Source: Octopus vulgaris (taxonomy: Eukaryota). Taken from it: 64,000 nt of DNA. How positions within the stretch are numbered: position 1 is the stretch's first letter; the number at the start of each line of letters is the position of its first letter. The notes below the pieces were generated by a model. That model was given only the letters and a program-made list of their open reading frames with translations. It was not told the origin of the DNA and did no database searches. Below are positions 11,676 to 27,534 of the stretch, piece after piece. Position numbers and translations under genes: made by a program. The stretch lies in assembly GCA_951406725.2 (NCBI GenBank), contig OX597823.1, positions 18,042,001 through 18,106,000 of the forward strand, given 5' to 3'.

Positions 11676-14330
11676 TGTATATATAAATTCTAAAAGCCAT
11701 AGTATTTCGGTGATGAGCAATGATCCTAAATATTATTAGCTTTCAAAGACAATGATGGAACAATTCCACACAAATAATACAATCATCGCGACATATGAAA
11801 CGGAAGTCCTTGTGCTTTCGTGGGTCTACAAAAGACGACGAAAACGTAAGAGCGGTGAATGTCAGAGTCAGTTGTGTATCAATCAACACATAACTGCGCT
11901 ATTCAGAAGCAAGCCTTTTACGTTCTAATTGTAAAACGATGTCGATTTTATTTCTCATTGATCTTGCGTCGAGGACTGCTCCTTACGTACGACTGCTCCT
12001 TATTTTGACATGTCTGGACTTATGCAGCTGGACTTAAGCCTCTTTACATCAATCTAAACTCGTGCATATGCTGTAAATGTTTGAAATGAAGTACTGAGAA
12101 GTGTTGTTCCTAAAGCTACTAAATTTATTGTTGTTAAATCGCAGTTTAGGTCTAATTCGCCTGACCGATGACCAAAATTATTCAGTTTGAGCATCTTGTA
12201 TTCTTTTTTTTTTGGTGGGGGGGCATAGTGTATCTAAGCTTATGTTATCTACAATATGCTGTTTTTAATATGTAAAGCGTGATTCAGACTGTGAGCTGAC
12301 AGAATTACTACTGCATCGGGTAAAATGCTTTACAGTATTTCGTCCATCCTTACATTCTGAGTTCAAATTCCACCAAGGTCGACTTTGCTTTCGGGGTCGA
12401 TAATATAAATACCACTTGAACACTGGAGTTGATGTAACCGACTTACGCCCTCTTCTGAACTTTCTGGCCTTGGGCATACATTTGAAAGCAATATGTAACG
12501 TGTAATTTGAAGGCGATTTGGTCGATAACTTTAGTAGGATTTATGACCGTGTGAACAATTTTTCGTTGTTTCGCGTAATATTCTTATAAAGATGATAAAG
12601 ATGATAAAGCACTTCAATAAACTAAACAGTTAGATCTGAGAAAACGATGGCGGTCTGCGTCGGCAATTAGTAAGTGTAAGTTGTTCAAAAGTGGACTGAT
12701 TTTTTCGTCTTCCTCACACAAACTAATTTACAACGTTTTTTAATAAGAGATTTACGCGAAGTATTTTAGGGCCGGTGTACGTATTTATGCAAAAGTCAGT
12801 CAAATAATATATAAGATTTGTCGGCATTCTTAATAAATGGCTATTTCAAAATGTAGGCTGATTTAATTATTTAAAAGGCGTTTGAAAAAAAGAATTATAT
12901 AAAAATACTGGGAAGAGGGAGACAGAAAATGAAAAAATTATACATAAACAGATACTTCCCTTCTTATTTTATTTTATAGAAAACATTCTGAAAAATGGGG
13001 GCAAGTCATAAGCAAAATCTTTTTAGAACTGTTCTCAGCATAAACTATACATCTGGCTTTATTGTTTATTCAAAGAACGATTCCATAGACAATGGGGGAA
13101 CGGTTGATTATGCAGTTATTGTGTTCTTAATAAGACCCTTGTCTAATGCAACTAATACATCGTTTTTTTTTTTTAAATTCATAATATTAAAAACTAATGT
13201 TTTATTCCAGGAAACTTTTTAACAATATAGGAACAAAAAATTGCTTCACCATCATATCCTAGCCTCGAGCAGACAAGACCTATTTTTTTTCTTACCGAGT
13301 AGCCATATTTTAATCTTCCTGCTAATTTGTAAATAATCCTCATTTCCTGTTAACATCTATGAGACTTTTCGTTTCTTTTTCCTTTCTCTTTATTCGTTTC
13401 TCCCCCTCTTCACTACTTAATCCCGTTCCTCAGTCCGCTTCCATGATAAATAAATATATTTATTTAATCCAATAAGCACATTTGAAATATTACCATACTT
13501 TAAATCGATTAACTCGGACATATGATCCTTTTTCATTATTTCATACTTTTCTTTCAATCCCAGAATTCCCCTCCTATCTTTTCCTGTACTCATCTCCCAC
13601 ATTCACCACCTCTTACTATCACCACTTCTCAGTATCACCATCTCTTCTTTTCTTTCTCTGTAACACCACCACCTGGGTCTTGTATGCAGTTAGCGGAGTC
13701 CACTCCGTTGCTAGTATTCGGGTTACATTTCCGGTCTGGAGATAACTTCCTTTCTCCTCCGCCGCCACACTAGTCACATAGAGACTCTGAAATGGTTCAC
13801 TGATAACTTCCTTCTCTGAATAAGCCATTCAAAAACAAATTCATTATTCCGATTTTAAATAACAGGCATTCAAACAGGATTCTTAACACTTTCAAGTAGA
13901 AATTCTTATTATGTAACAAAGATAAATAAATCACGGAGCCCGATGTGTCAGCACTGAAGGAAGCCATTGACGCCATCCGAGGTCAGTTAGTTAGTATTAA
14001 CACATTTACTACATATACTATTAAAAAACTAATGAGAAAGAATTATATCTTGAAGCAAAAAAAACTACATTAATTAATTATCTGTTAAATATTTTCTTTT
14101 TTCCGGCTACTACGGGAGACAACTTTGGATGTGTTTCGATATTATTCTGACGTCATGAACAAAGCATAACCTCGATTAAAGAGTTGCAGTGATGAAAGAC
14201 AGCAGATATCTCAAGGAGGTTAGTGAGTTTAAGTGAGTGTGATCCTACGTTGCAGACAGTAAGAAAAACAACTTTATAACAAAACTTAGCTACTCGTAAA
14301 ATGCTTCATTCACATCTAGCAAATGAAGTA

Positions 14331-15111
14331 TTGGGTTGTCCGAAACGTTCGTGCCGATTTCTAAAGGAAAGAAAAAGGTCAATAAATACTTGCCATTGCA
14401 TTTTTAATCAACCAAATATGAACCATTTTGTTGTACAATGAGTCTCCATCTTTCCTTTAACTTGAAAATACCCTCTTCCCAGAATTGAGGTGGTTTCATG
14501 GCAAATGTATCTTTTTACGTCATCCAAGGAATTGAAATTTTTACCATTAAGACTATTCTTCTCACTCAACTAATGTGGTACCCAAACATCGTAGCAATTT
14601 GTGTACCGAAGCTTTACCAGGTGCTCATGAACGACAGATTCTGATAGGTTGAGAGTTTCTGCCATTTCTCGAGTTGTGCAATGTTGGTTATTCTCAATTA
14701 ATGACTTGATTTGGTCATCATCTATAGTGGATGGTCTACCTGATTGCACTTTATCAATAAGGCTATAATCTCCAGCTCGGAACCTTGCGAACCACTTCCG
14801 TAAAGTTCTTTCGGATAAAGAAACATCACCGTAAACTGCGCATATTTCTTTGGTTGCTTGTGAGGCAATTTTCCCTTTACGGAAAAAGAAAAGTATCAAG
14901 TGCCGAAAATGAACTTTCTTATTTTCCATTTTAAAGAGTTACAGAATTAACACAGGTTATAGGAACATAAACCTTCTTCTACGAAAAGATAGCTTAAACT
15001 ATGCTCTAAATGGAGGTGTAGTCAAATCTTATTTTTTGGACTCAACCATGTTCTAAAATAAGTCGAAAAGTAAGCTACTATAAATCAGCATGGATTTTCC
15101 GGATAACCCAA
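14331..15111 (-). mobile_element. Internally deleted mariner transposon
   Basis: TA TSDs; TIRs TTGGGTTGTCCG/CCGGATAACCCAA; ORF 14570-14929 has HTH, GRP and WVPH motifs; joins directly to C-terminal FWEEGIFKLKERW..NGSY, so the catalytic core is deleted. Confidence 0.9.
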
Positions 15112-15199
15112 TATATCAAAGTCAACAATTATGGCTTTCTTTAGAGATTGTGCGGTGAACATTCTTTTCTATAGAGCAGAAACCTAGACGATAAAAATG

Positions 15200-15500
15200 G
15201 ATTTTTATGACCACAGCGACAGTACGTTCACCAGTCTTTACAGAACGGCTTAAAATAGCTCGTGGCGTGAGTATAAAAGGATATTTATGGACACTTTTCA
15301 TCCACCTTTCCTATAGGATAGGTTTTGCCTTACCGTTGTGCTGGACACTAGGCCACATCGGATGTTTTGCTTCGGACATTTCTACATCTTGATAGAGGAC
15401 GTAAACCACTTGCCTACATTGATGATATTGGAAGAGACGCTCAACATGGCATTGACGATCTACCGCACTTGACGGGAGTCACGGCATGATGAAAGGTAGA
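15200..15500 (+). mobile_element. RTE-like LINE 3' remnant followed by (GAA)n (15499-15775)
   Basis: Degenerate ..GHI.. and RGRKPLAYIDDIGRD motif. Confidence 0.45.
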
Positions 15501-15975
15501 AGAAGAAGAAGAAGAAGAAGAAGAAGAAGAAGAAGAAGAAGAAGAGGTCGACGACAAATAAGAGAAAGATGGAAGGGGAGGAGAGGAGGAGGAAGAGGAG
15601 GAGGAAGGGGAGAAACAGTTGACGACGACGAAGAAGAAAGAGAAGAAGAAGAAGAAGAAGAAGAAGAAGAAGAAGAAGAAAAAGAAGAAGAAAAAGAAGA
15701 AGAAAAAGAAGAAGAAGAAGAAGAAGAAGAAGAAGAAGAAGAAGAAGAAGAAGAAGAAGAAGGAGAAGAAGAAGAAATATACCAAATATACCACATTATA
15801 AAATAGCATAACATAAAATTGAAGTGTATCAGTTCTTTAAAACTTCACACGTGGTAACTTAAGACCAACCGTTGGCGGTTACAAAATTGGTTTCATGTAG
15901 TTAAGTCACTAATTAAGAAATCTAATTTAATCACCAAATCGCTGTATCACCATGACCACAGCCATTACAACAACA

Positions 15976-16050
<75 letters not shown>

Positions 16051-16114
16051 AATGTTGATGCTGAAGCTGCTATTACTACTACAAATACTACTACAACCAG
16101 AAGTACTGTTGTTG

Positions 16115-16150
<36 letters not shown>

Positions 16151-18220
16151 TCAGTCGTACTAATCCTGATGTATTTCGTACGCAGGTCTGCCTTAATAGG
16201 ATAAACCTATGTTGAAAGCTGTTTCACCTACCAACATACTATATATGTTTCAGGCATTATGTATCTTGGATTATATCATTCAATGTATCCTCCCATTTTT
16301 AAGAAGTGGGGTTGATTTAAGAGAGCTTTGCTTGCTGCTCCCAGCATATCAAATGGCCAAATAAAGACATCTTCTACACTTGTCATGTCCTTATTCAGCG
16401 AAAAGGTACAGTGATATTCTTAAACTCCATGAAGTTGTGTGAATACCAACACAGACTTCTGTTTTGCTTTATGAGCAGGGTGTAAATCAGGACGCTACCT
16501 GAATTATCTCAGGTCATTAAACTCTGATGTGGTAACCATTAGTTAGACCAGACTTTCGGAGACACGTTTAAGCATTCACCTTCTAGCTGACTACAAGACC
16601 AAAGCCTCTTTTGGTCGACACAGAGCGAATGGTGAGAAAGTACTGCTACAGAATCCAAGCATGTAGCGATAGGCTCAGTTCTAGCTATACCAGAAGGGTA
16701 GATTAGTGTACTGAAATTTGAGCGCAGTGGAATTGGCAGTGATTGGTAACTATTTGTTTTCTGATAAAGGCTACAAAGGTGGATTTCTTCGAGCGTCAGG
16801 TAGCTTTCCTAGGATCTTACTTAACACTGTTAGGATGACTGGAATGTCATCTAAGACGCACGTAGAGCTTGGGTTGGAAAAGCATGTTAGAGAGTTGTAA
16901 GAATTCTGTAGTTTCCCTTATCTTGCTGGTATCGTCTGGGTTTCCTAACACAGCAATTTGGACTTGAACAAGCGCCAGTAAGCAATCTAGATTGTATCAG
17001 ACTGACAGATAGGAATAGTGTAAATTGTTCACAGTTACAAATAGTTGATTATACAGACTAAATGTTTGTGATCTGTGTGGTGGATTTAGACAAGGATTTT
17101 AAAAAATAGGAGTCCGAATCCTGGAAACAGAATACATCGTATACAACGGGAAAGATTTCAGGGACACGATTAGTGAATTAGTTATGCGGGAATTGACCCG
17201 TGCAATTATAAAGTAATGGGTCTTATAAAAAAGGAAAATCTGTCAGAATTAGCAATCATGTAAGAACCATGTAATAGAAGAGTTGTCAACTGATTAAAAA
17301 TGTTTCGCTTACGACGTGCTTGTATCGAAAAGGATCCTTTGATCACTTCCTCGAAGCGAATTGAGATACGTTGGGGCAAAAACTGTTTGAATGGCCCGTG
17401 TAGAGGAGGTGCAGTGTAGCAAGATTACGATTCTAGTATCAGTTGCAACAGCAGCAGCAGACTTGTGGTATGATCTGGTGTTAATACCCCCTGCTGCAAC
17501 AAGATATTGCATCTGGGATGCAATAACCATTGAAAACTGCTCTACATTGTGTAGATGACGCATGAAATACCAAACTGGGCTGGTTGCTGAAGTGGTGTGC
17601 AGGGGTCATTCCTACAGACGATTCTCAAATCACCATTAAAAAAACACATCCTTCATTCAAGTGACATTTTTCTCCCCTCCACGCTATCTTTTACTCACTC
17701 CCCACTCTCTTTCTCTTTCACTCTCTGTTTCTCTCTACCTCTCTCTGTCTTTGTCTGCCTGTCTCTGTCACTATCTGCCTGTCTATCTGTCTGTCTGTCG
17801 CTCTTTCTTTCTCTCTCTCTCTCCCTCTTTCTCTCTGTCCCTGTCTATCTGTCTGTCTGTCTCTCTCTGCCTGTCTGTATTTGACTCTGTCTCTCACCTT
17901 TCTCTCTCTTTCTCTCTCTCCTTCTCTCTCTTTCTCTCTGTCCCTGTCTGTCTCTCTCTCTCTGCCTGTCTGTCTTTGACTCTGTCTCTGTCTGTCCCTC
18001 CTCCCTCTCAATCTCTCTCTCTCTCAAGCTGTCAAGTTGCCCGCCCGCATTGAGTTACTAATTATTCCATATTGCATTGCACATTGTTGTTGATGTAACA
18101 GGCTTCATTACAATAGCAGCACCAATAGCAACAACAACAGCAGCAGCCGTAGTAGTAGCAATGGAGATAGTGGTAGTAGTAGTAGTAGTAGTAGGTAGTA
18201 GTAGGTGGTGGTGGTTTTGT

Positions 18221-18256
<36 letters not shown>

Positions 18257-18756
18257 GTGGAGGTGGTGGTGGTAGTGGTGGTAGTGGTGGAGATGGTGCT
18301 GCTGCTGCTGAATTAGTAGTAGGTAGTAGTAAAAGTAGAAGTAGCCGTGCTGTAACTGTCTTTGCTGCTACAGTTGATGCTGTTGCTGTTGTTATTGATA
18401 GTGGAGATTAGGTAATGTCTGTGGTGTTGCCAGGGTAACCGCAATGTTTGTTGACGTAATCAAAGATTTTGTTGACAATGTTGTTGCAGTTTACGTTGCA
18501 GTAGTTATCGCTTCTATTCTTGTCACAGTTGTTGTTGTTTTTTTTATTTTTATCTCCAGATAAGACCTGATCGAACCGATCTATAATCGATTATGTCCCA
18601 AACTTGATAATCATGTCCTTTTATACTTCAATAGGTTTAACCCGTCACCGGGTCTAATGGCTTTTCCATGCCATCAGATGAGTTCACAGGTTCTTGCAAA
18701 CAGTCGTTCCTGGTCTCTGACCTGAGGATGTCCCCAGCCCTCCTTATAACCAGTCA

Positions 18757-19140
18757 GTGGAGGCGCAATGGCCCAGTGGTTAATGCAGCGGACTCGCGGT
18801 CGTAGGATCGCGGTTTCGATTCCCAGACCGGGCGTTGTGAGTGTTTATTGAGCGAAAACACCTAAAGCTCCACGAGGCTCCGGCAGGGGATGGTGGTGAT
18901 CCCTGCTGTACTCTTTCACCACAACTTTCTCTCACTCTTTCTTCCTGTTTCTGTTGTACCTGTATTTCAAAGGGCCGGCCTTGTCCCTCTCTGTGTCACG
19001 CTGAATATCCCCGAGAACTACGTTAAGGGTACACGTGTCTGTGGAGTGCTCAGCCACTTACACGTTAATTTCACGAGCAGGCTGTTCCGTTGATCGGATC
19101 AACCGGAACCCTCGTCGTCGGAACCGACGGAGTGCTTCCA
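18757..19140 (+). mobile_element. tRNA-derived SINE group C, full length with TSD
   Basis: A box TGGCCCAGTGG, B box GGTTTCGATTCCC; TSD TATAACCAGTC at 18745-18755 and 19141-19151. Confidence 0.9.
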
Positions 19141-20062
19141 TATAACCAGTCTTAGAGGCTTTAGAAAGGACGACGAACCTTCCCTTTTCTCTCAAATTAA
19201 GGCATTATAAAATTATTTTAAAATCTTAATACATTAACCAAACTGTCCTGTGTATCTCTGACCTGAGGATGTCTCCAGCCCTCCTTATAACTAATCTTAG
19301 AGGCTTTAGAAAAGACGACGAATCTCTTTTCTCTCAGATTAAGGCATTATAAGATTATTTTAAAATCTTCAGAATACATTAACCAAACTGTCCAGCGTAT
19401 CTCACGAAAATCTAAAGACGGCGTTCAGGTTTCTGCCGTTGGTTCACTTGCCCTTATAGTTGTTACTACTGCTGCTACAATTGTTGTTGATTCTGCTGTT
19501 GTTTATGCTTATGTTAATCTGTTTGGTATAATTTTTCGGTCTTCTCTTTGTTGTCTTCTTGAGAGAACGAGAGCATCCCACATGCCAAAAATGACAGCTG
19601 TTTTAATTCAGAAGGTGATACGAAGATAAACATCTCAGATTTCCGGTAAAGACTCTTTTTACTTTTTCTTTTTTTATTTTTCTATTTTTTAAAAATATTT
19701 CAGTTCTTATTTGTATGCATGTAATCATGCATACAGGAAACGCAATATGGCCGATTAGACAATCATTCATTCGTGTACAAGTTTTAATCATTGTACTAAG
19801 GCCGTGCGGGGGCACTGCCTTTAAGGGTTTTAGTCGATTATATGGGTGCAATATTTCGTTTAGTATTTATTTTATGGACCTTAGAGAAGGACAGAAATAG
19901 TTATTATCTGAGCTAAAGAGGGAGCTACAGACACAAAATTATGGCCAACAATTTTCTCACGATATATCATTTCTTTTACCATCCTGCACCGACACATATA
20001 CACATATCGACACATAACCACAAATATATAACTACATGTGTGTGAGTGTGTGTGTGTGTGTG

Positions 20063-20797
20063 TGCACGAGGCCTCACATTTGGGGGAAAGGATTAAGTCG
20101 ATTACATCAACCCCAGTGCGTAACTGGTACTTATTTAATCGATCCCGAAAGGATGAAAGGCAAAGTCAACCTCGGCAGTATTTGAACTCAGAACGTAGCG
20201 ACAGACGAAATACCTATTTCTTTACTACCCGCAAGGGGCTAAGCACAGAGAGGACAAACAAGGACAGACAAACGGATTAAGTCGATTATATCGACCCCAG
20301 TGCGTAACTGGTACTTAATTTATCGACCCTGAAAGGATGAAAGACAAAGTCGACGTCAACGGAATTTGAACTCGGAACGTAGCGGCAGAGAAATACCTAT
20401 TTCTTTACTACCCACAAGGGGCTAAACACAGAAGGGACAAGCAAGGACAGAGAAACGGATTAAGTCGATTATATCGACCCCAGTGCGTAACTGGTACTTA
20501 TTTAATCGATCCCGAAAGGATGAAAGGCAAAGTCAGCCTCGGCGTAATTTGAACTCAGAACGTAGCGACAGACCTATTTCTTTACTACCCACAAGGGGCT
20601 AGAAGACAAACAAGGACAGACACACGGATTAAGTCGATTATATCGACCCCAGTGCGTAACTGGTACTTAATTTATCTACCCCGAAAGGATGAAAGGCAAA
20701 GTCGACCTCGGCGGAATTTGAACTCAGAACGTAGCGGCATACGAAATACCGCCAAGCATTTCGTCTGGCGTGCTAACGATTCTGCCAACTCGCCGCC
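20063..20797 (-). mobile_element. SINE group A tandem tetramer
   Basis: One head plus four body units; GATTAAGTCG at 20091, 20275, 20458 and 20627. Confidence 0.9.
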
Positions 20798-22203
20798 TTA
20801 TACGTTATTATAATAATGAAAACTTCCTGAACAAAGTTGCTCTAAGTCAGATAAAGAATCACACACGTTACAGAAGTTTCTGTATAGCCAGTTGCTTAAT
20901 ATACATAATGTAGTAGTCAATCTCATTCATCAAACTTGGAATAGTATTCACTTGTGTCAAGTCTTAAATTTAAAGATGGAAAACTTACTAAACAAACTGG
21001 ATGACCAATGGTAAAAGCAACAATCAAAAGACTATTTTAATCAACTTCTGAATCATCGATCCGTCCAAACAGACTTATTCAAGGTAAAAAAAAAAATAAA
21101 AGCAAATTCTAAAACTAAAATACTAAAATACTTAAGTTAATGTTAGCACATTTAATGCAAGAGTATTAAAAACTAACATGGAATTATTAAATGGGTACGA
21201 AAATATATAGACAGACAGACAGACTATTACGTTGGTATAAAGATAAACTAAAACTGATTATGCGATCAACAAAATATATTAGCCAATTGTTAGTTCAAAT
21301 GCTGCCGAGGTCGACTTTGCCGTTTATCCTTTCGAGATCGATAAAATAAGTGCTAGTAGAGAACTGGGGTCGATATAATTGACTTACCCTCTTCCCCCGA
21401 AATTGATGGCATTGTGTCAAAATTTGAAGCTAATATTTCTCCATTATTTCCGCTAGAACGGGAGACAATTCTGGACATATTTCTATATTACTATGATCTC
21501 ATCAGTGGGGCACAAACTTCATTTTAAATAAATATCCAAAAATAATATATAGTATTTAAATTTTCATCATTTGTGAATTATTTTGGAAATTATGATAAAT
21601 TTTTCCAAAAGTCTCAAATGGGAATCGCTGAAAGACAGCATATCTATCCTTTTCTATTCAATTGTAATAATAAACATTTTGGTTTTCTTTTTAACTATAG
21701 TATCAAATGCGAATGTGTGTGAAATATCAATCAATGATAATAGATAGGAAATGTAAAAAAAAAAGAAGAAAGAAAAATAAAAACGTTTTCAAAACAGTCA
21801 GTATTTTTGTAGTTCAAAACTTGCGATTTATGACATAAAATGTCCTCTAGAATCAGCCAGAGCTGATAATGACAAACTTTAACTACTAAATATTGGTAAA
21901 TACACCTCTGCAAGTGCAATATGCATAAGGAATTCATTTTAAATACAACTAACAAACTGCAGAGAGACTGTTTTTAGCAGATCCCCAAATAGGCTCATGG
22001 CAGGCAATGGGTTAAAATCAGTTTCTATTTTTCATATAAGTAAAATTCCTTAAGCTCTGTATCTAACTACATCATGCGGAACACCATTGTATTGTAGGAC
22101 ATCGTTTGAGAAAAAACTAATGCGAAATCTCACTTCGTAAACAAAAGATTGTAGGTTCAATCCGAAACCGAGTGGCGCGATGAAGTCTCAAGTAGTTCGC
22201 TTC

Positions 22204-22329
22204 ATGACGTACAGAAGCGGCCGTTCACAGGGGTCGCACATGGCACTGGACTGTAAGCAACCGGGACCCGTTTGCTATCGATGCAGGCAGACAGGGCACA
22301 TCGCCCGTGATTGCGACCAGTTACTCTAG
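22204..22329 (+). pseudogene. Retrotransposon gag-like CCHC zinc-knuckle remnant
   Basis: Translates MTYRSGRSQGSHMALDCKQPGPVCYRCRQTGHIARDCDQLL* (CX2CX4HX4C plus a decayed upstream knuckle). Confidence 0.65.
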
Positions 22330-23210
22330 TACACTCAGACATAAATAACTTAGGAATTGTGTTGGTGCAATCTTCTCTCACTCCAAATATCACATCGTGG
22401 ATGTTTCATTGTGTCAAGACTGGGGTGGTAGGGTGCCAAGGCAATTTCTATGTCTGCACGCGACTACATAGGCACCAAATCAATTAGCGAAAGCATAGTA
22501 CATGCTACCAAGCCATTCTCACCCCTGAGTGACTGTTAGATATATTTCAGGTTTTAATTTACTCATAACATAGATAACAATTTCTAGCACGAATTTTATA
22601 AATGCTCCATAGCCTCTCAATATCATTTCTTCACTTCTATAACTTCTCTCTTCTTTTCCTTTTCTCTGTATCATCTTATCCTTTCTTCATTCATTTGTAC
22701 TTGCTGCGAGGAGAATCGTTACGCTTCAACTGTTGACATGTCCCTATCATGTATTGCTTACATTAATATCTAGACATCTCTCTTGTTACAGTCAGGGGAG
22801 CCGAATAGCTGTAATGGCGTAGATAGTAATGGATGAGCTATGTAACGAACATTAGCTAGAATTCTTTATAAAAACAATCTGAAATGTTAGTTGGCGCATT
22901 GGAGAGTCGTTAGAGTATTAGATATATTACCTCACACTGTTTGTTCCGATCCTCTTCGTTCAAATCATGCCAGCCTCAGATTTACCTTTTATTTTTAGTG
23001 GGTTAATTTCTTCAAAAAAAGTATTAATTTAGGATAGAGGCTTTGTGTCCTGACAACTTCACCTGCGATGTCATCGATACCAAGCTGTATCAGTCTTCAA
23101 AAGACGGTCTTTTTCTTTGGATAATATCGGCAACGTGAAGAGAAAAAACTTACATCAATGGACAATAACCAGTCAAACATACACTCAAAAAAAATAATAA
23201 ATGCCCTAAA

Positions 23211-23364
<154 letters not shown>

Positions 23365-23476
23365 GCCTGCTCATAAAGTTGACAGAGGAAACATTGAAAT
23401 ATATATGTATATGATTCAAAAAGTTTTTATATATATATATATATATATATATGTGGTATATCTTTATGCATGAATG

Positions 23477-23583
<107 letters not shown>

Positions 23584-23657
23584 ATATATATCCAATGTAT
23601 ATATATAAATATTATTCAATGTATGTATATATTTAAGTATATATATATATATAATAT

Positions 23658-23702
<45 letters not shown>

Positions 23703-23841
23703 ATAATAAGTATATATATGTATATAATAATAAATATATATATGTATGTATGTATGTATATATTATGTATGTATATATATATATACATGTATATATATAT
23801 ATTTATATATATATGTATATATATATATGTATGTAAGTATA

Positions 23842-25090
<1,249 letters not shown>

Positions 25091-25375
25091 TATATATATA
25101 ATGAAACTGACAGGGTTCGTGTCTCCGAATGCTTATATGTAATTCAAGTGTGCCCAATGAGGCAAATAGCAACTCCACCCCGTAACTTGTGTCAAATATT
25201 CCGTATTTTCTACATGTGGCATATTTGGGTCCTTTCTGTTCGTTTGCTTATTTCATTTAAACATTAACGACATAGCACCCACTACCTGTTGAGTCGTTGT
25301 GTATTCTCATTTAATGAATCATTCAGTTTAGTTCTGCGCATACCTTTACACATACATACATACATACATATATAC

Positions 25376-25410
<35 letters not shown>

Positions 25411-25480
25411 CATACAATATATATATATGTATATATATATTCATGTGTGTGTATGTATGTATATATATATATATATATAT

Positions 25481-25531
<51 letters not shown>

Positions 25532-26000
25532 TATGCATATATATATACATAAATATATATATACACATATATATATGTAGACATATATACATATGTAAAC
25601 ATACATACGGAGATACATATATATACATATATATATAAATATATATATAAACATGCATATTTCCACATACATATATAGTATGTGTGTTTTTGCGTATCAT
25701 AGCATATATTCTGGAGACTTTAAGTTGAAGTTCGCACGTACTGTAAAGCATGTTGTGTGGCTTTCACTTAATATTTCAAATTGAAGGTATATATTGTAGT
25801 TATGAGAATTTAATTTCTTGCATAAGTACAGAATCAGAAACTTATCGGGAGTATGATAGTGTTACTTGTAGTCCGTTCAAAAGATATATTAACGATACAT
25901 GGGAAGAATGACAATAATCATTATATTGCTGTTTTCGTTTAAACCTAAATCATCCCTGATTGAGCAGACCTGCGAACATCCAGGTTTGTTTTAGGTATAA

Positions 26001-26396
26001 CTAGCAGCATCGCCCGGCGTTGCTCGGGTTTGTAAGGGAAATAACTATATAAGCATGTTTAGAGATGTAAAGTATAATAGCCATCTCAACATCGCAAACC
26101 ACAAAGGTGGGGTGTTACTGTAGCTTTTTACGTTCTGAGATTTAATAATAAATTTTTAGAGAGTTACTTCCCTTATATATGCCAGAAAGTTATTAAAAAT
26201 GGGAAAAATTGATGGTAAATTTTTTTTTAAATCGTAGAGTCATCGTAGACGCGCGCTAATACCCAGAAGGGCTCGATATGAATCACAAATATAAGATACC
26301 CGGTTTTGGTTAAACTGCACCGGAAAATGTGGGAGTAGTTAGGAATCTAAATCGTAGGAGACAGACAGCACACAACCTCACTTTTATATATAAAGA
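26001..26396 (-). mobile_element. Non-autonomous Helitron
   Basis: Same family as 4239; TC...CTAG termini. Confidence 0.85.
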
Positions 26397-26804
26397 TATG
26401 TTTCGCCAGTTAGTTTAAGCATCGTGTTATTCCGCTTCCCTTAGAAAAGAATGGTATGGTGTGATATCACACACCCATGTTAGACCATGAGAAATCTATG
26501 GCGAATAAATTACGCGGCCATAACAAATATCGCCCATTCTGTTTCTGGGGAAGAGGTTGAAATATCAGTTAGAATGGTTAAATTAATATTATCATGTAAA
26601 TTTTTAATCACATGGTGAAAGGAGAAAGGTCAGTGACCATGACCGAAACTGGTTGGGGGGAACGAGGGACATATTTAAAGGAGAAAACTATAGTTGCATG
26701 TGTGCAACAGCGTTCGCTTTACTTAAGGAACACAAGAGTCATATGAAGAAACATTCAAACGATAATAGGAAATAATTAGTTGGTAAGTGATAATATATAT
26801 AAGT

Positions 26805-26840
26805 CTTTTACGTTTCGAGCCTACGCTCTACAACAGAAAG
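26805..26840 (-). ncRNA. Minimal hammerhead-like motif (A6U family)
   Basis: Minus strand: CTTT-CTGTTGT-A-GAGC-GTAG-GCTC-GAA-ACGT-A-AAAG. Confidence 0.5.
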
Positions 26841-27112
26841 CGTATATCAACGTCACCAGGAGGGCTGACACCAAATACCTTGAAACCTGGTCCGTATGTA
26901 GCATCCGCTTCTTCAGGGAATGATCTCCCTTTGCAGACTAGAGGACACCGAGATGGTGTCAGCCCTCCTGGTGACGTTGATGATCGCCTGGGGCTAAATG
27001 CATCAGTAACACCCCCACCGCCCTGCCCTGTCCCTAGCCACGTTCAGATGGCTGATGCCCCTTATGTTATAGAGCAGTTACTGTTTATATCTCGTTTAGA
27101 GATTTATTATTG

Positions 27113-27148
<36 letters not shown>

Positions 27149-27194
27149 GCAAACAGACACACACACACACACACACACACACATAAATATAAAT

Positions 27195-27249
<55 letters not shown>

Positions 27250-27250
<1 letters not shown>

Positions 27251-27534
27251 ATCGACCAGATTATCGCATGTGGTTGTACACCGCTGGTCACAATGCGCTT
27301 TTTCGCATCATTATAGCTTTCGAATGGTGCCATCCCATTGGGTAGACAGGTAGGCCAACATTTTCCTTGAACAGAATACCAGTCCGTCGTAGGAAGGGTC
27401 ACCCATTTACAGGTAAGTGGACTGGAGCAACAGAAAATGAAGTGTTTTGCTCAAGAACTGAACGCCGATCTGGGAATCGAAACCATGATCTTGCGATCGT
27501 GAGTGCAACACCCTAACCTCTTAATCATGCGCCT

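Noticed and set aside
18757-18835. tRNA-like sequences at SINE heads
   Set aside because: Continuous with SINE bodies and TSDs; no clean cloverleaf, so not tRNA genes
18841-19093. Recurrent small ORFs (MFIERKHLKL.., MRNWYLIYRP.., [10 protein letters not shown]..)
   Set aside because: They recur only because they lie in SINE or Helitron copies
20063-20797. CRISPR-like regular repeats
   Set aside because: Whole units repeat with no unique spacers; eukaryotic SINE multimers and no cas genes
26627-26660. GGTCA..TGACC-GAAAC-TG-GTT hammerhead 3' half; similar partial motifs near 11700, 27780, 49350, 53510 and 58800
   Set aside because: Core or helix I missing; cannot be distinguished from chance by eye
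26787-27353. 188-aa ORF
   Set aside because: Spans an HHR motif, an inverted repeat and microsatellites; composite artefact
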